Assembly (NCBI GenBank): GCA_028534125.1
Contig: CM052816.1
Location: forward strand, 85,810,001 to 85,874,000
From: Lama glama
Taxonomy: Eukaryota
DNA: 64,000 bases
Reading direction: 5' to 3'
A program made the translations under genes and the position numbers. This document shows, piece by piece, positions 1-13,800 of this stretch (the first letter of the stretch is position 1; each line of letters opens with the position of its first letter). Below the pieces are notes generated by a model. That model did not search any database, had not been told where the DNA came from, and was given only the letters and a program-made list of their open reading frames with translations.

Positions 1-2378
1 GGTCATCTCAATAGATACAGAAAAAACATTTGATATAATTCAGCACTCATTTATGATAAAAACCCTTACCAAAGTAGGTATAGATGGGGCATAATGTAAT
101 AAAAACTGTGACAAACCCACAGCCAACATGATACTCAACAATGAAAAGTTGAAAGCCTCCCTGATAAAATCTGGAACAAGAGGAGGATGCTCACTCTCAC
201 TACTTCTATTCAATATAGTGTTGGAAGTCCCAGCCATAGGAATCAGACAAGAAACATAAATAGAAGGAATCCAAATTGGAAAAGTAAAACTGTCACTGTA
301 TATGGATGATGTGATACTATATATAGAAAACCCTAAAGGCTCCACACAAAAACTGCTGCTACTAGAGCTGATAAAAGAATTTGACAAGATAGCAGGGTAC
401 AAAATTAACATACAGAAATCAGTTGTATTTCTTCTACATTAACAATGAAATATCAGAAAAAGAAAATAGAGAAACAATCTCTTTTAAAATCAAATCCCCA
501 AAAATAAAGTACTTAGGAATAAATTCAACCAAGGAAGAAAGATTTATATGTGGAGAACTACAAAACATTGATTAAGAAAATTAAAGATTACCTAAAGAAA
601 TGGAAAGATATCCCATGTTCTTAGATTGGAAGAATTAATACTGTTAAAATGGCCATACTATCCAAAGCAATGTACAGATTTAATGTGATCCCTATCAAAT
701 TACCCAGGACATTTTTCACAGAACTAGAACAAATAATCCTAAAATTTATATGGAATCACACACACACAAAAAACAAACAAACAGAATGGACAAAGCAATA
801 CTGAAGAAAAAGAACTAAGCTAGAGGAATAATCCTCCCAGACTTCAGACAGTACTACAGAGCTACAATAATCAAACCAGCATAATATTGGCAGAAAAACA
901 GACATATGGATCAATGACACAGAATAGAGAGCCCAGAAATAAACTCATAGACCTATAGTCAATTAATCTTCAACAAAGAAGGTAAGAATATCCAATGGAG
1001 AAAAGACAATCTTTTCAGGAAGTGGTGTTGGGAAAACTGGACAGCTTTATGTAAACAGATGAAGTTGAAATACTCCCTCACACCATACACAAAAGTAAAT
1101 AATGGATTAAAGATTTAAATATAAGACAAGACACTATAAACCTCCTAGAAGAAAACATAGGCAAAACATTCTCTGACATAAAGCTTAGCAATGTTCTCCT
1201 AGGGCAGTCTACCCAGGCAATAGAAATAAAAGCAAAAATAAACAAATGAGGTCTAATTAAACTTACAAGCTTTTGCATAGCGAAGGAAACCATAAATAAA
1301 ACAAAAAGACAACCTACAGAATGGGAGAAAATATTTGCAAATGTTGAGACTGACAATGGCTTAATTTATAGAATGTATAAACAGCTTGTACAACTTAATA
1401 ACAGCAACAACAACAACATAAACCCAATTAAAAAATTAGCAGAAGACCTAAACAAGCAATTCTCCAATGAAGACATACAAATGGTCAATAGGCACATGAG
1501 AAAATGCTCAATATTGCTAATTATCAGAGAAATGGAAATCAAAACTACCATGAGGTATCACCTCACACCAGTCAAAAAGGCCATCATTAAAAAATACACA
1601 AATTATAAATGCTGGAAAAGTGATGGAGAAAAGAGAATCATCCTACTCTGTTATTGGGGATAGAGCTTAGTGCAGCCATTATGGAAAACAATATGGAGAT
1701 TCCTCAAAAAACTAAAAATAGACTTACCATATGATCCAGCAAGCCCACTCCTGGGCATATATCTGGAAGGAACTCTAATTCTAAAAGATACATGCATCCC
1801 AGTGTTCATAGTAGCACTATTTACAATAAGGAAGAAATGGAAATAACCTTAATGTCCACTGATAGATGACTGGATAAAGAAGTTGTGGTATATTTATACA
1901 TTGTAATACTATTCAGCCATGAAAAATGACAACATAATATTTGCAGCAACATGGATGTAACTGGAGCTCGTATTTCTAAGTGAAGTAAGCCAGAAAGAGA
2001 AAGAAATATACCATATGATATCACTCATATGTGGAATCTAAAACAAACAAACAAAAAAGACACAAATGAACTTATTTACATGTCAGAAACAGACACACAG
2101 ATATAGAAAACAAACCTATGGTTACCAGAGGGGAAAGGGGCTGAGAAGGGATAAATTCAGAGTTTGAGATTTGCAGTTACTAACTACTATATATAAAGAA
2201 GATAAACAGCAAGTTTCTTTGGTGTAACACAAGGAACTGTATTCAATATCTTGTAACAACATATAATGAAAAATAATATGAAGAATATATGTAAGTATAT
2301 GTATGATTGAAGCATTATGCTGTACACCAGAAATTGACATAACATTGTAAACTGACTATAATTCAATTTACAAAAAAA
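1..2378 (+). mobile_element. Relatively young LINE-1 (ORF2 RT to C-terminus, 3' UTR, short A-tail); continues upstream of the window; inactive
   Basis: Frame from nt 2 reads [22 protein letters not shown] (L1 ORF2 ISIDAEKAFDKIQH motif); [16 protein letters not shown] starts at 290; ORF2 ends at ...TGTGGAATCTAA ~2040; 3' UTR (GGTTACCAGAGGGGAAAGGGG...TGTAAACTGACTATAATTCAAT) then A-run; many stops and frameshifts. Confidence 0.95.
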
Positions 2379-5370
2379 GAAATGAGAGAACATGACCACA
2401 GGTCACATACTCATTAAAAATATAATAATACTAGGAAAAATTCTAGGCCAAGAAATTTGAATATCTAAATAAAATGGATCAATATTTGGAAAATACAATC
2501 TGCCAAAACTCATACAAAAAGTAATAGATAAAATGAATGAGGCTATATCTATTAAAGAAACTTAACAAATAATTAAAGACTTTCTAAAACAGAAAATATC
2601 AAGCTCAGATGTGATCAGTAGTGAATTCTACAGAACATTTTAAGGAAGAAATTATACCAACCCTCTACAATTTCTTCCAGATGATAGAAGCAGAAGGAGT
2701 ACTTCCTGACTCATTCTGTGAGATCTGTCTTACCCTGATACCAAAATGAGACCAAGACATTACTGGAAAACAAAAACAAAAACAGAACAACACAAAACAA
2801 AAACTACAGACCAATATCTCTCATGAACACAGATGCAAAATCCTTAACAAAATATTAGCAAATAAAATCCAACAGTGTATTAAAAGAATTATATAACATG
2901 AACATGTGAGATTTCTGCCAGATATGTAAGTCTGGTTCAACATTTGAAAATCAATTAATGTAATTCATCACATTAAGAGGCTGAAAGAGAAAAAAAAATT
3001 ACATGATTAATCAATAGATGCAGAAAAATCACTTGACAAAATTCAACACTCATTTGTGATAAAACTCTCAGGAAACTAGGAATAGAGGATCATTTTCTCA
3101 ACTTAATAAAGAATATTTACAAAAACTTACAGCTAACGTCACAGTTAATGGTAAGAAACAAAAAGCTTTCCTGCTAAATTCAGGAACAAAAAGATGATGT
3201 TCCCTCTAAACACTCCTTTTCAACCTTGTAATGGAAGTTGTAGCTTTGTAGCTTAAGTAATAAAGAAAGATAGAATTATAATGATTGAAAGTACAAAAGA
3301 AACCTTCCTTTTTAACAGATGACATGATTATCTAATAAATTGCTAAAAAATTGACCAAATTATAATAATTATTATAATAAATAAATAAATAAAACCTCCT
3401 GTAAGTCATTTTAGATAAAGCGGATAAGGTTAATATACAGAAGTCAATCTATTTACTATATAGTTGTGATGATCAAGTGGAATTTGAAATTAAAAACAAA
3501 ATGCCATTTACATTTGCATTCCCAGATATGAAATATTTTCATATAATTCTAACAAAATATGTAAAAGACCTCTATGAGGAAAACAACAAAACCCTGATGA
3601 ATGAGATCAAATTCGAGTAAATAATGGAGAGATATTCAACAGTTATTGATAGGAATGCTCAATATTTTCAAGATGTCAGTTCTTGCCAACTTGATCTATA
3701 GATTCAATGCAATCAGATAAAAATCCCAGAAAAGTATGTTGTGGATATGTACAAACTGATTTTAAAAGTTATATAGAGTTGTAAAAGACCCAGAATATCC
3801 AATTAAAGGAGAAGAGCAAAGTTGGAGGACTGATGCTACCCAACTTTGAGACATACTGTAAAGCTACATATTGGTGAAAGAGTAGGCAAATAGATCAATG
3901 GAGCTAAAGAGGGAACCCAAAAATAGATCCACATAATATAGTCAACTGATCTTTGACAACAGAGCAAAGGTAGGGCAGTGAGCCAAGATAGTCTTTTCAA
4001 CAAGTGATGTTGAAACAACTGGATATCCAGATGAAAAACTCTGGACATAGACCTTAAATAAAAGACATTCACAAAAGTTAACTCATAATGAGTCACAGAC
4101 CTAAATTTAAAATGTAAAATTATAAAATTTCTGAAAGATAGCATAGGGGAACATCTAGATGGCCTTGGGTATAGGAATGACCATCTATGAAAGAAATAAT
4201 TGATAACCTGAATGCTACTAAAATGTAGAATTTCTGCTCTGCAAAAGACAATGTCAAGAGGTTTAGAAAACAAGCTACAGACTGTGAGAAAGTAGTTGCA
4301 AAAAGATATACTTGATAAAGAACTGTTATTCAAAATATACAAAGAACTCATAAAACTTAACCAGAAGAAAAGTAACATCTCAATTAAAACATGGGCAAAA
4401 TATCTGAACAGACATTTCACCAAAGAAGACATACAGATGCAGAATAATCACATGTAAAGATGCTTTACATCATATGTCAGAGTATTCCAAATTGAAACAA
4501 CATTGAGACACCACTACACATCTGTTAGAATGGCCAAAATTCTAAAAATTAATACCACCAAATACTAGTGAAGATGTGTAGCAATAGGAGCTCTCATTCA
4601 TTGCTGGTGGAAATACAAATGTTACCACTACTGTGGAAGATAGTTTGGCAGTTTCCTACAAAATTAAACATGCTCTTACCATATGATCGAACGATGATGC
4701 ACCCTAGTATTTACTCAAAGGAGCTGAAAACTTATGTCTACACAAAAATCTTCACACTGATGTTTATTGTAATTTTATTCATTATTGTTCTTGGAAGTAA
4801 CCAGGATTTTCTTCAGTAGGTAAATTAAAACTGGTACATCAAGACAGTGGAATATTATTCACTAAAAATAAATGAGCTATCAAGCGATTACAAGACATGG
4901 AGAGATCTTAGATGCATATTTCTAAGTAAAATAAACCCATCTGAAAAGGCTACATACTGTATAATTTCAACTATGTGACATTTTGTAAAAGCAGAACTGT
5001 GTAGACAGTAAAAGGCACCACTATTGCCAGGAGTTAGAGGGAGAATGTTGAATAGGGGAAGCACAGAAGATTTTTATGGGACTTTATGGATTTTTATCTG
5101 TGTGATACTATAGTGATGGGTACTTGCCATCATACACCTGTCCAGATCCATTGAATGTACAAAACTAAGAGTGAACTCAAACTGTGCACTTTGAATAATT
5201 ATGATGTGCTAATGTAGACTCATCAATTGAAACAAATATACCACCATGGTGGGGGATATTGATAAAAGAGTAGCTGTGCAAATGTGGGGGAGAAAGGAGT
5301 ATCTGGAAAATATCTTTCCACTCAACTTTTTTATGAACCCAAAACTGTTCTAAACAATAGTGTATTTAAA
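2379..5370 (+). mobile_element. Old LINE-1 (L1MC-like) ORF2 remnant plus 3' end
   Basis: Decayed ORF2 motifs (AACTACAGACCAATATCTCTCATGAACACAGATGCAAAA; ATCAATAGATGCAGAAAAATCACTTGACAAAATTCAAC); L1MC-type 3' UTR (CCATTGAATGTACAAAACTAAGAGTGAACTC...TGAACCCAAAACTGTTCTAAA). Confidence 0.9.
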
Positions 5371-6240
5371 GAATATATAAGCCTTTGCCACCTAGATTCA
5401 TTTTAAGTAAATAAAGAATATTCATTCTTTTTATTTAAATTGATAATCATTCATGAATATTTAAGCAGGCTTATTATATTAAATTAATGTAATACTTCAG
5501 AGAGCATATGTTTATCTATTTCATTTAATTTATATCACAATCTTTATAAATAGTTAATTATTAATGACTTCTTATTTAAAAGAATATTTACTGGAACATA
5601 TAAATTCAATATCTCAAGGAAAAATACCTAGTATATTATGGGTTGCAAATTCAACTGAGAATTTTAAAAGTCATAATCTATCCTTCATGGAATTAATGCA
5701 TAGTGCCAAGGATGGTAGGAAGCAATGCATAACAGATATTAAATATTTACTATTAGCCAATTGGCCAAAGGAAGAATATTTCCCTTTGACCTTTCAAATA
5801 TAATGGGGCCAGTCTAGCTCAGTTTTACCTTCTCTCTTCAGTCTTAAGCTACAAATTCTATTCTGGTGTCTCTTCTCTTTGGCTTGTTCAGACATTGACC
5901 TGACTCCAGTCTCATTCTTCTGACTTACATGTAACCCTTCAAGACCTATGCTCATTGTTCATAAGAAGCTCACCCCTCATTGTGCTTTAGAATAAATTTG
6001 ATGTTTTTTCAGCTTCTTTTATATGGAAATAAAGAACAGAAAACTTTATAAAGAATCCTCTTTATGTCCTATCACTTTACTGATACCCCAAAGCAAAGAG
6101 GCATTAAATGACTTTTTGCTCAGGAATGAAATGATATTCTTTAAAAAGTTATCCCTTCTTTACTTTTTCTTTATCTTTTACAACCTGGGATAATCAAATA
6201 ATAAGTTTCACCATTGATTACTGTGATCATTTGAGAGTAT

Positions 6241-6731
6241 GTGGCTGTGGGAAATCAAAAATGGCTACAGTTTCTGAGACTTGTTTCACAGAGGGCTGGT
6301 GTGTGGATGTTTTGACTGTGCAATATGGTGAGTTAACAATATGTTAGTTCTGGGCCTAGTTTATAAAAGGACAAGTAGGTTCCAGGAAGGTCTGTAGGAA
6401 TCCTCTAAGGAGTACAATTACCTTGTTGGAGAAATCATGTGGAAAGATTATGAGACTGCAAAAAGTGGAAGTGAGGCCCAGATGAGCCTAGACTTATAGC
6501 CATCCATGCCAAAGCTCCAAGTGTGTGAGTGAAACAATCTAGCCTTGTCTCCAACTCAGGCAAGCCACTTGATGAATTCCTCTAATATACCACAGTCAAT
6601 GCACATTGAGCTGAATTACCCTACCAAGCCCTAGTCTGATTTCTGCCTCACTAAACTGTGAGATATAATAAAATGGTTATTTACATCACTAATTTTTGTT
6701 GACAGTTTCTTATACAGCAGTAAATAAACAA
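6241..6731 (+). mobile_element. ERVL-MaLR solo LTR (MLT1-like)
   Basis: Starts TGTGG; typical MLT1 3' end ACTGTGAGATATAATAAAATGGTT...TTATACAGCAGTAAATAAAC. Confidence 0.7.
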
Positions 6732-9700
6732 AATTCATTTTTGACTGTTCCTACCAAGTTTGCTGTTTTGTTAGGAGGTCTCATGAGGCCTTTTCTACCA
6801 TAAAAGCCCACACTCTTATGTCTATGAGCTGACTATATGGGGGTTGGAGGAGAAGGATTCTACTGGTTCATAGCAAGACTATTCTGACTATGCATTGCAG
6901 ATCTGAGGAAATAATTACAAGTGTAGAGCATCTATGCATTGATTTCACTGTGTGATAGACTCAGGCCAAAACACAATTACCACCCCAAATTACTATAACA
7001 TAGTAGCTTTCTATAGCTATAGAGATTAACACTATTTCATGGACTAATAGTATTTCCCCAGAAGTTGGATCAGGTCACTTTCCTACAGAACTATTCACCA
7101 TATAACATGGCCATAGGTATCTTTAGGGACATATTTGTGGTTACATGTTCGTGACTATTTGCAGGAACCTTGTCTGTCTACATTATTAGACATTTACCAC
7201 TGGATCCCTCAAATTCACACCTGAGTGCACTGAACTGTTCAAATTTAATTGACTTCAACTGGATTGTAGCTCAAAGGCATCTGGAAAATGGTTTTCATTG
7301 TGTATGTTTTCTTCAAATTAAAAATAGAAAAGGAAATGAAATCAATATTGAGAAAGCCAATCCAAATTTTATCAAAAGAGAATATTTACACTTTAAATAC
7401 TAGTAACTAGTCCTTATTCTTTTTTTTTAAGGAAATTTTCGCTAAAGCCTACATAGTCTTTCGATTTGCAATTTACCTCCCATTCCTGAAAAGTAGAATA
7501 TGTCACTTCTTTATTTTTACGTAAGTTCATTTTTCAAGTTTTTCTCTGTGGCTTTGGTCTCTACAATTCCAAGAGAGATTTATTTCTCCATTTTCCTCAA
7601 AATAGATACATATATCTACCTTACAATATACTTTAAAATTCAGAACTGTTGAAATAAACCAAGTCCTCAGCTGTTGTCCAATTTCCTAGACAGAGATTTT
7701 CACTCCAGCATCCATCATATTTTCAATTTAATAAAGTTTTATATTTATTGATCACCACACTTTTCTATAACTATCTTAAATTTTAAGCATACAAAAATGA
7801 ATCTGAAATGAATCCTATTCTTATTTAGAACAGAGTTTTCTAATCATTTATTTTATAATTTTTAAAAATGTATGTTACCATTTCTTTTCACTCAAATACC
7901 TTTGAAATCTAAAAATAATTATTTTGTCCATCTTAAACATTTGACTCCTCTATTTCAAATAAATAATTCTAAAACCAAGAATTTCTCACAATTTGTCAAA
8001 TAGCTTTCATTTTGCAAATCAACACATTCTTCTGCCTGTGGTAAAAATGAATATTTATATAAAGTCTAATAGATACATTTTATAGGAAACTGCATTGGTT
8101 TATAGTCTGAAACACTGAGTATTAACAAAATTGTCATTATCTTTTTTTCTCAACTTGGGCAGGAATTGTAACCATTATAAATGTTAGTTACTTTAAAAGT
8201 AAAATAATATACTTTGATTTGGATAACTAGATGGACTTTTAGGTTTCTTTTGATTCTAAATTTAGATAATAAGTATGTTTGTGGATTACTGCCATGTGGC
8301 TCTATTTTAAGCCTATTCAGCAGTTATAAATGTTTGCTTTAGATTTTATGCTTCATCTTGCAACAGATCTGAAGGGACACAGTAGAAGGATGTTTATTCT
8401 ATTCATGAGCCTCATAATTCAGCTTGTTAAATGTTTACATGCTTAATTTCATCAATCAGGCATTTAGAATGAAATGAAAGCCAACATTCTAGAAAATTTT
8501 ACTTCCCAGGTGGTGTTAGGATGTAATGTGCTGGAAGTAATAAAAATTACTGATTTAAGAGCCATTCAGTAGGACAATGTATTTTCCAGACAACACTAAA
8601 ATTAAACAATCTATTTTAGATATAATTTACAATGTGATATATATATTATTAATTTTAAAGAATAAATACTATATGTAAAGAAAAAAATGACTATCAATAG
8701 ACTTTCTGAATTATATTTATGTAAAATAATAGCCAGCCACTAAAAAGAAGGAAAACCATTTTAAAACAAGGACTTTTTCAAAGATTTCACGTGTAACTGA
8801 ATTTACATAAGTAAAGGGAGGAGATTAAGTTTTGGGGCTTCTCTAGCAATCTTTTCTAGCAAAAGAGAAAGACAAGAACTTCCAATATTAACAAGGGAAT
8901 GATAGCAAATACAAGGGTTTCTAATTTACTCAGGAGTGGGACACACCCAAAGAAACATTTTAACTCATGAAAAGGTAAAACAACTTTGTGTTTTTGGCCA
9001 TAAAGTTTTACTGGATTCATTTAGTTTTTATTACATCAACAAAACAACCACATGCAGTTGAAAATGATAATCAATTACATATAATATGCTTTTGAAAATA
9101 TCATACCACTGAGGACTTCTTAAAAACTTATACTGATGATTAATACAGTTCTGAAACTGTAGTTCTTTTCTGAGAAAAACTCATTTTATCATTTGTTTCT
9201 TTCTTTGTCTTGTGGCTCATTGACTGATTTCAACATTTACTGTCTAGGTTCCATGAGTGAATGTTCAAGCCCATCTCTCAAGAAGTGACATATTCAATAT
9301 TGGATTTGTGATCATTTTATGGAAAGGTGGATAGTATGAAATAGTAGATTAATCTCAGTTCTTCAGTGCTCAGAGAGTAATTTAGTCAATTTATCTATTA
9401 GGTAGTGAACTTTAAGTGAAGCACTACATACCAAAATTGTTTGTGCTGACAGATAACTTTATTTTTGTTAAAAAATTTAATATAAATATCCAGAATGTAT
9501 TTCACTTTATAAATTCCAGTGATGCAGAATTTACTTTAAATTTCTAAATTATTTTTTATGTGGTATAGAAAGCAAGTATTATTTTTAACTACCTGGGTGT
9601 ATGAGTTTATGTGTATATATATATATATGTTAAACATGTATTTATAAAAACATGCATAGTATGTGTATATATTTATATATAAAATATATATTATATTTAT

Positions 9701-11920
9701 AACTATGTATTGAATAAATGTGTGATTTGTGCATACAACTTTTATCTTAAACAATATTTGGATTAAATAATAAATTGAAATTTATTCAGCTATTAAGATA
9801 TGCCATTTTGGTTTAGGCCTAATAAATGAGGAAATTTAAAAAGTATAATAATAAAAATAGTAACATAAAGAAGAATACATAAAAATGATATCAGTGGTAT
9901 AAGAAATATTCTCATTGGACTTAAAATATTATTTAGAAAAATTAATATGTGTATTGAATAGATAAAAATTATTAATTAAAAGACTGATGTTATTTAAATA
10001 TATGATTATATATTGGAGTAATCTTAAAAGATTTTAAGGTCTCATTAGAAGAGCACATTTAAAAAAGTAGAAAAAAGGATTTATTTTGCCAAGGGTTGGA
10101 AAGAGGAGTAAGCATGATTGTAACTACTTCAAATTTTAAGCATGTCAACGCTGAATTCGCTCTTCATAATTCAGATGATTCTTGACACAGTAAAAATCTG
10201 TTTGTGGGACTTACTTGGTCAAGTAGAGAATTCAAGTTAATTTAATCACATTAATTCAGGTGATTGTCAACATTTATGGTAGAGAAAGCTGAAGTGTTCA
10301 ATGTACTTCTTAACTTTTATATCTGAAGTATGCTAGTGAACTACTTGCAAGAGCCACATCTGGTCCTATTTTTCTTATGTTAATAGTTTAATAAGTTTAT
10401 TAAAATAAGAATAAGTAGCATGCCTGAAAAATAAAGATACTATCTGTCGTATTTGTGTGTTTATGTTATGACAGTAACGAGAATTAACTTTAACCTAGAC
10501 AGGCTTGCCTCTAACACAGCCTGAGCCAAATACAAATATAGGTCCAAAAACTGTGTCTGTACTTTTAAAATCATAAATCAAGCTATTTATTTGATATATA
10601 TTGACAAATATATCTTGAAACTGACTTGAGAACATAGGTTTGGATTTAGAATTGTTAAGCTCCTTGAGTCCTGCTACACAGTGGGTTAGCACACAGAGAG
10701 AGGGCTCATTGCCCCTGGTCTGTCTACCAGCCTTCTCTTCCAGCTTCTGGTTTTAGCATCCAAATATGTACATATGACATCTTAGTCTACACGTCTGCGC
10801 CCTAGCTGCAGTAACTGCCCAGTCTCCCTGCAGACACTTGGTTTCAAATGGATACCTCTAAAATGGTAATGCCTATGATGGTAGTGCCTGTGGCCCAGGT
10901 CTGCAGGTTGAATTTAAGGTAGATTATATTTATTTTACTTAAAACTTTTAAGTTCAAATAGAAAGTGTTGCCACTTTTGTTGTGTTCTTATATTTGTTAT
11001 ATATTTTACATATAAATATATAATTATATTCTACATATAATAAAATGTTCTCCAGATCAATATGCTGAAGAGCAAAATTATCTTTATTCTTTCAACATTT
11101 TCAGGTTATTAAAATGTTTCTATTATTTATGTGATTTAAGAGAAACAAATACGTAAATATACTTGGTAAGCTCATTACATATATGTACAATGATTTGTAG
11201 AGTTTAAAATTATTTTCTGCTGTGTGTGGGTAGGAAATCTTGTTACATCTTAACATCTTATTTTTCTTCATAAAATAAGTCTCCATTTTTAATATTTGTC
11301 AAAATATCAAAACCAAAATATATTTACATTTTTTATAAGGGGGCACTTTTTGACTTGGCTCTTTTCCTTTGTTGTTCTCTCCTAGACTCTATATAAAAGT
11401 AAATAAATCTTAGTGCTTCTGGCAATCTTAACTTTCTTCCCTCAATCCTCTTCATTCTTATCTCAAAAGATTTCTGAAAGACCAAACCAAGCATGCACTA
11501 ATGATTTACTTCTAAGAAAACCCTTGGTTTAATCTCATCATACATACAGACACACACACACAGAGGTGTATATATGTACATGTACATATGTGTACATATG
11601 TATATATGTGCATAGCTGTATATAAACATACATACTTGTGTGTATGTACATTTAAAATCTGTTACTCGGTGAGGCCATGGACTCTCAGGTCCTATCTCCT
11701 GACCTAGAATGTCTTCTCATTGTGGCTCTATACTTCTGACCTGACTGAGTCTTCCATCCCTTCCATCTCTACCAAACAATGCTAGGTGTATGTACTATAG
11801 TTTAGTCAGAACAGTCCCAATAAATTAAAAGTCTTCACTGAGAGTTTACTTTATCCCACCACTCTAACAAAGCATAGCTTCTCTTTAGAATGTTGTTTCT
11901 TTGCTTTCCTATAAAGATTA

Positions 11921-12362
11921 TTGCATGGTGTCAGTCACAGAGAGGCAGAAAGAATGAATAGGAACAAGATTGAGTTAAGGAAAGTTCCTGTGAAGGAAAA
12001 TAGGGAGCCAAAAAAAAAAAAAAAAAGGTTTCAGAATCATCAGATCATAATGTAGGTTTGAGTCCTAAGAAGAATAGATGAAAGGAAGGAAGAAGTGGAA
12101 AGAAGGAAAAGAAGGAATGAAAGGAAGAATAAAGGGAAGGAGACAATCTGCTGTACAGTTCGAAGAAATTATCAGCAAACTCGTGGGCAATCTTCAAACA
12201 GATGTCATCCATCAGAGAAGTGTGCCCTCTCTTATTTGCTCACAGCAGCATATATAAGATGTGGATCTAGTGTTAATGTGGAGATGGATTCAGAGCACAG
12301 CAGTTTGGCCTAGCAGTCAGTTATGTAGTAGATTTTACAGGTATATTTTCATAACTGGCATG
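11921..12362 (-). mobile_element. Old ERVL-class LTR (LTR16/LTR33-like), containing an A-run and a GGAA-rich tract
   Basis: Motifs GGAAAGTTCCTGTGAAGGAAAATAGGGAG, CAGATCATAATGTAGGTTTGA and GATGGATTCAGAGCACAGCAG resemble this family. Confidence 0.55.
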
Positions 12363-12889
12363 TTTCCTCTTACTTAGCATGATTTATTTCCTTGTTTTCT
12401 AGGGTATTTAGAAACTCCCACCTCAGTTTCCATCTCTTGTCTGAATTCTTAGGTGGTTATTATATATCCTTCTGACATCTGGATATCAAAATGCTCTGCC
12501 TTTGGTCTTTAGACATTTTATCTTCTCTGTATTCACTTTCTAGAAAATCTTATGCAGCCCTAAGATTAAAAGATCCACAGGAGGGATATCAGTACATATC
12601 CAGGCTGGCCCTTCACCTGAATTTGAGCTTGTTATGTTATAACTTTATTGAAATCACAAATATGTACCTCAAACACAAGGGAACTCTCTTCCTCTTCTTT
12701 GTCTCTAAACAACATAGAACCATCTATATCACTTCTTTAAATACCAAACAGAAAACTTCTGCATCCACCAAGGATAGAATAATTTGTTTAACATTAGCTC
12801 TTCCATAATAAATAACCATAAAGCTAGATTTAAAAATATTCAAATAAGCATTACTCAACAGAGAAGTGTGGGTTTCCCAGGAGTGTGTC

Positions 12890-13800
12890 AACCTTAATAT
12901 CTTAAATCACTATCAGTATCAAGTCTAAATTGTCTCTGATAAGTTAAGCGTACACACTGATATCCCTGCTACTGAATCCAAGTTTGTCCTGCTCACTGCA
13001 CAAGGGACCAGTAAATGGAGAGACAAAGTGTCACACCAAAGAATAGCAACTTTATTTGGAAAGCTAGCAAACCAGGAAGATTGTGGACTAGTGTCCCAAA
13101 GAACTATCTTCCCCAAGTTAGAGTTCATGCTTCTTTCTTACTGACAGGGGAGGGACTGTGGCTGGTTGTTGCAGATTTCATGTTGCTGGCCAGGCCCTTA
13201 AGAGGATATCCTTTGTTCTTTAGCTGTTCCTGTAGATCTGGTCTCAATGTTCCTGTAAACCTTCAACAAGACAGATACTATTTTCTGTCCTGCAACTTTT
13301 TAATCTCTGTATTTCAGGCTATAGGCAACATTGTTTTGCTGATTGGCTGGTAAGACAAAGGTTCAGAGCCAGCATGAATAAGCACGATCAACGGAGTAAA
13401 AAGGTTAGAGCCTAAGGAATAATGGAGTTGGGTTTTTTGTTCTCTGCTTCAGCCCTAGCACACCTATAAACAGAAAAATAAAAGGAAGATGATCAAGAAT
13501 GCCAATCAAGAAAATCAAATTGAATAGTAAAAAATAATAATAATAATTAACTTAAAAGAAGTCAGAAAGGAAGTAAGAGATTTATAGAAAAATAGAAAGA
13601 ATAAATAGAAATCAAATAGCAGTACAGCAGTCTGAAGTCTAATTACATTAATCATGCCTTAAATATAAATGAACGAAAGAGTTTGACTGACCAAAATTAT
13701 TAAACTGGATTAAAAAAATCAACACTGGATGATATGTTGCCTAAAAGGTAAACACCACTTTAAATCTAAAACACAGAAAGTCAAAATAAAAATGCAAATT
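12890..13800 (+). mobile_element. Old L1M inter-ORF / ORF2-start fragment, split by the ERV1 LTR
   Basis: GATAAGTTAAGCGTACACACTGATATCCC|TAGCACACCTATAAAC joins across the LTR; downstream A-rich sequence resembles decayed ORF2 endonuclease start (TTAAATATAAATG..., ACTGGATTAAAAAAA, CACTTTAAATCTAAAACACA). Confidence 0.65.
12967..13451 (-). mobile_element. ERV1-class solo LTR, ~485 bp
   Basis: TG...CA termini; flanks TCCC/GCCC (4-bp TSD, one mismatch); minus-strand AATAAA (TTTATT at ~13051); interrupts an old L1. Confidence 0.8.

Noticed and set aside
40..411. 123-aa ORF similar to the 127-aa ORF at 22428-22811, looking like a paralogous pair
   Set aside because: Both are the antisense frame of the same L1 RT region, so the similarity is repeat homology
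3836..4432. Longest gap-free ORF in the track (198 aa, minus strand)
   Set aside because: Antisense frame of a decayed L1 ORF2; the F/L/S-rich composition is typical of reverse-complement L1
9590..9730. TA-rich self-complementary tract (similar tracts at ~11560-11650 and ~50780-50840)
   Set aside because: Degenerate microsatellite or low-complexity DNA with no specific structure
13015..13353. 112-aa ORF
   Set aside because: Lies wholly within an ERV1 LTR and has no recognisable protein motif
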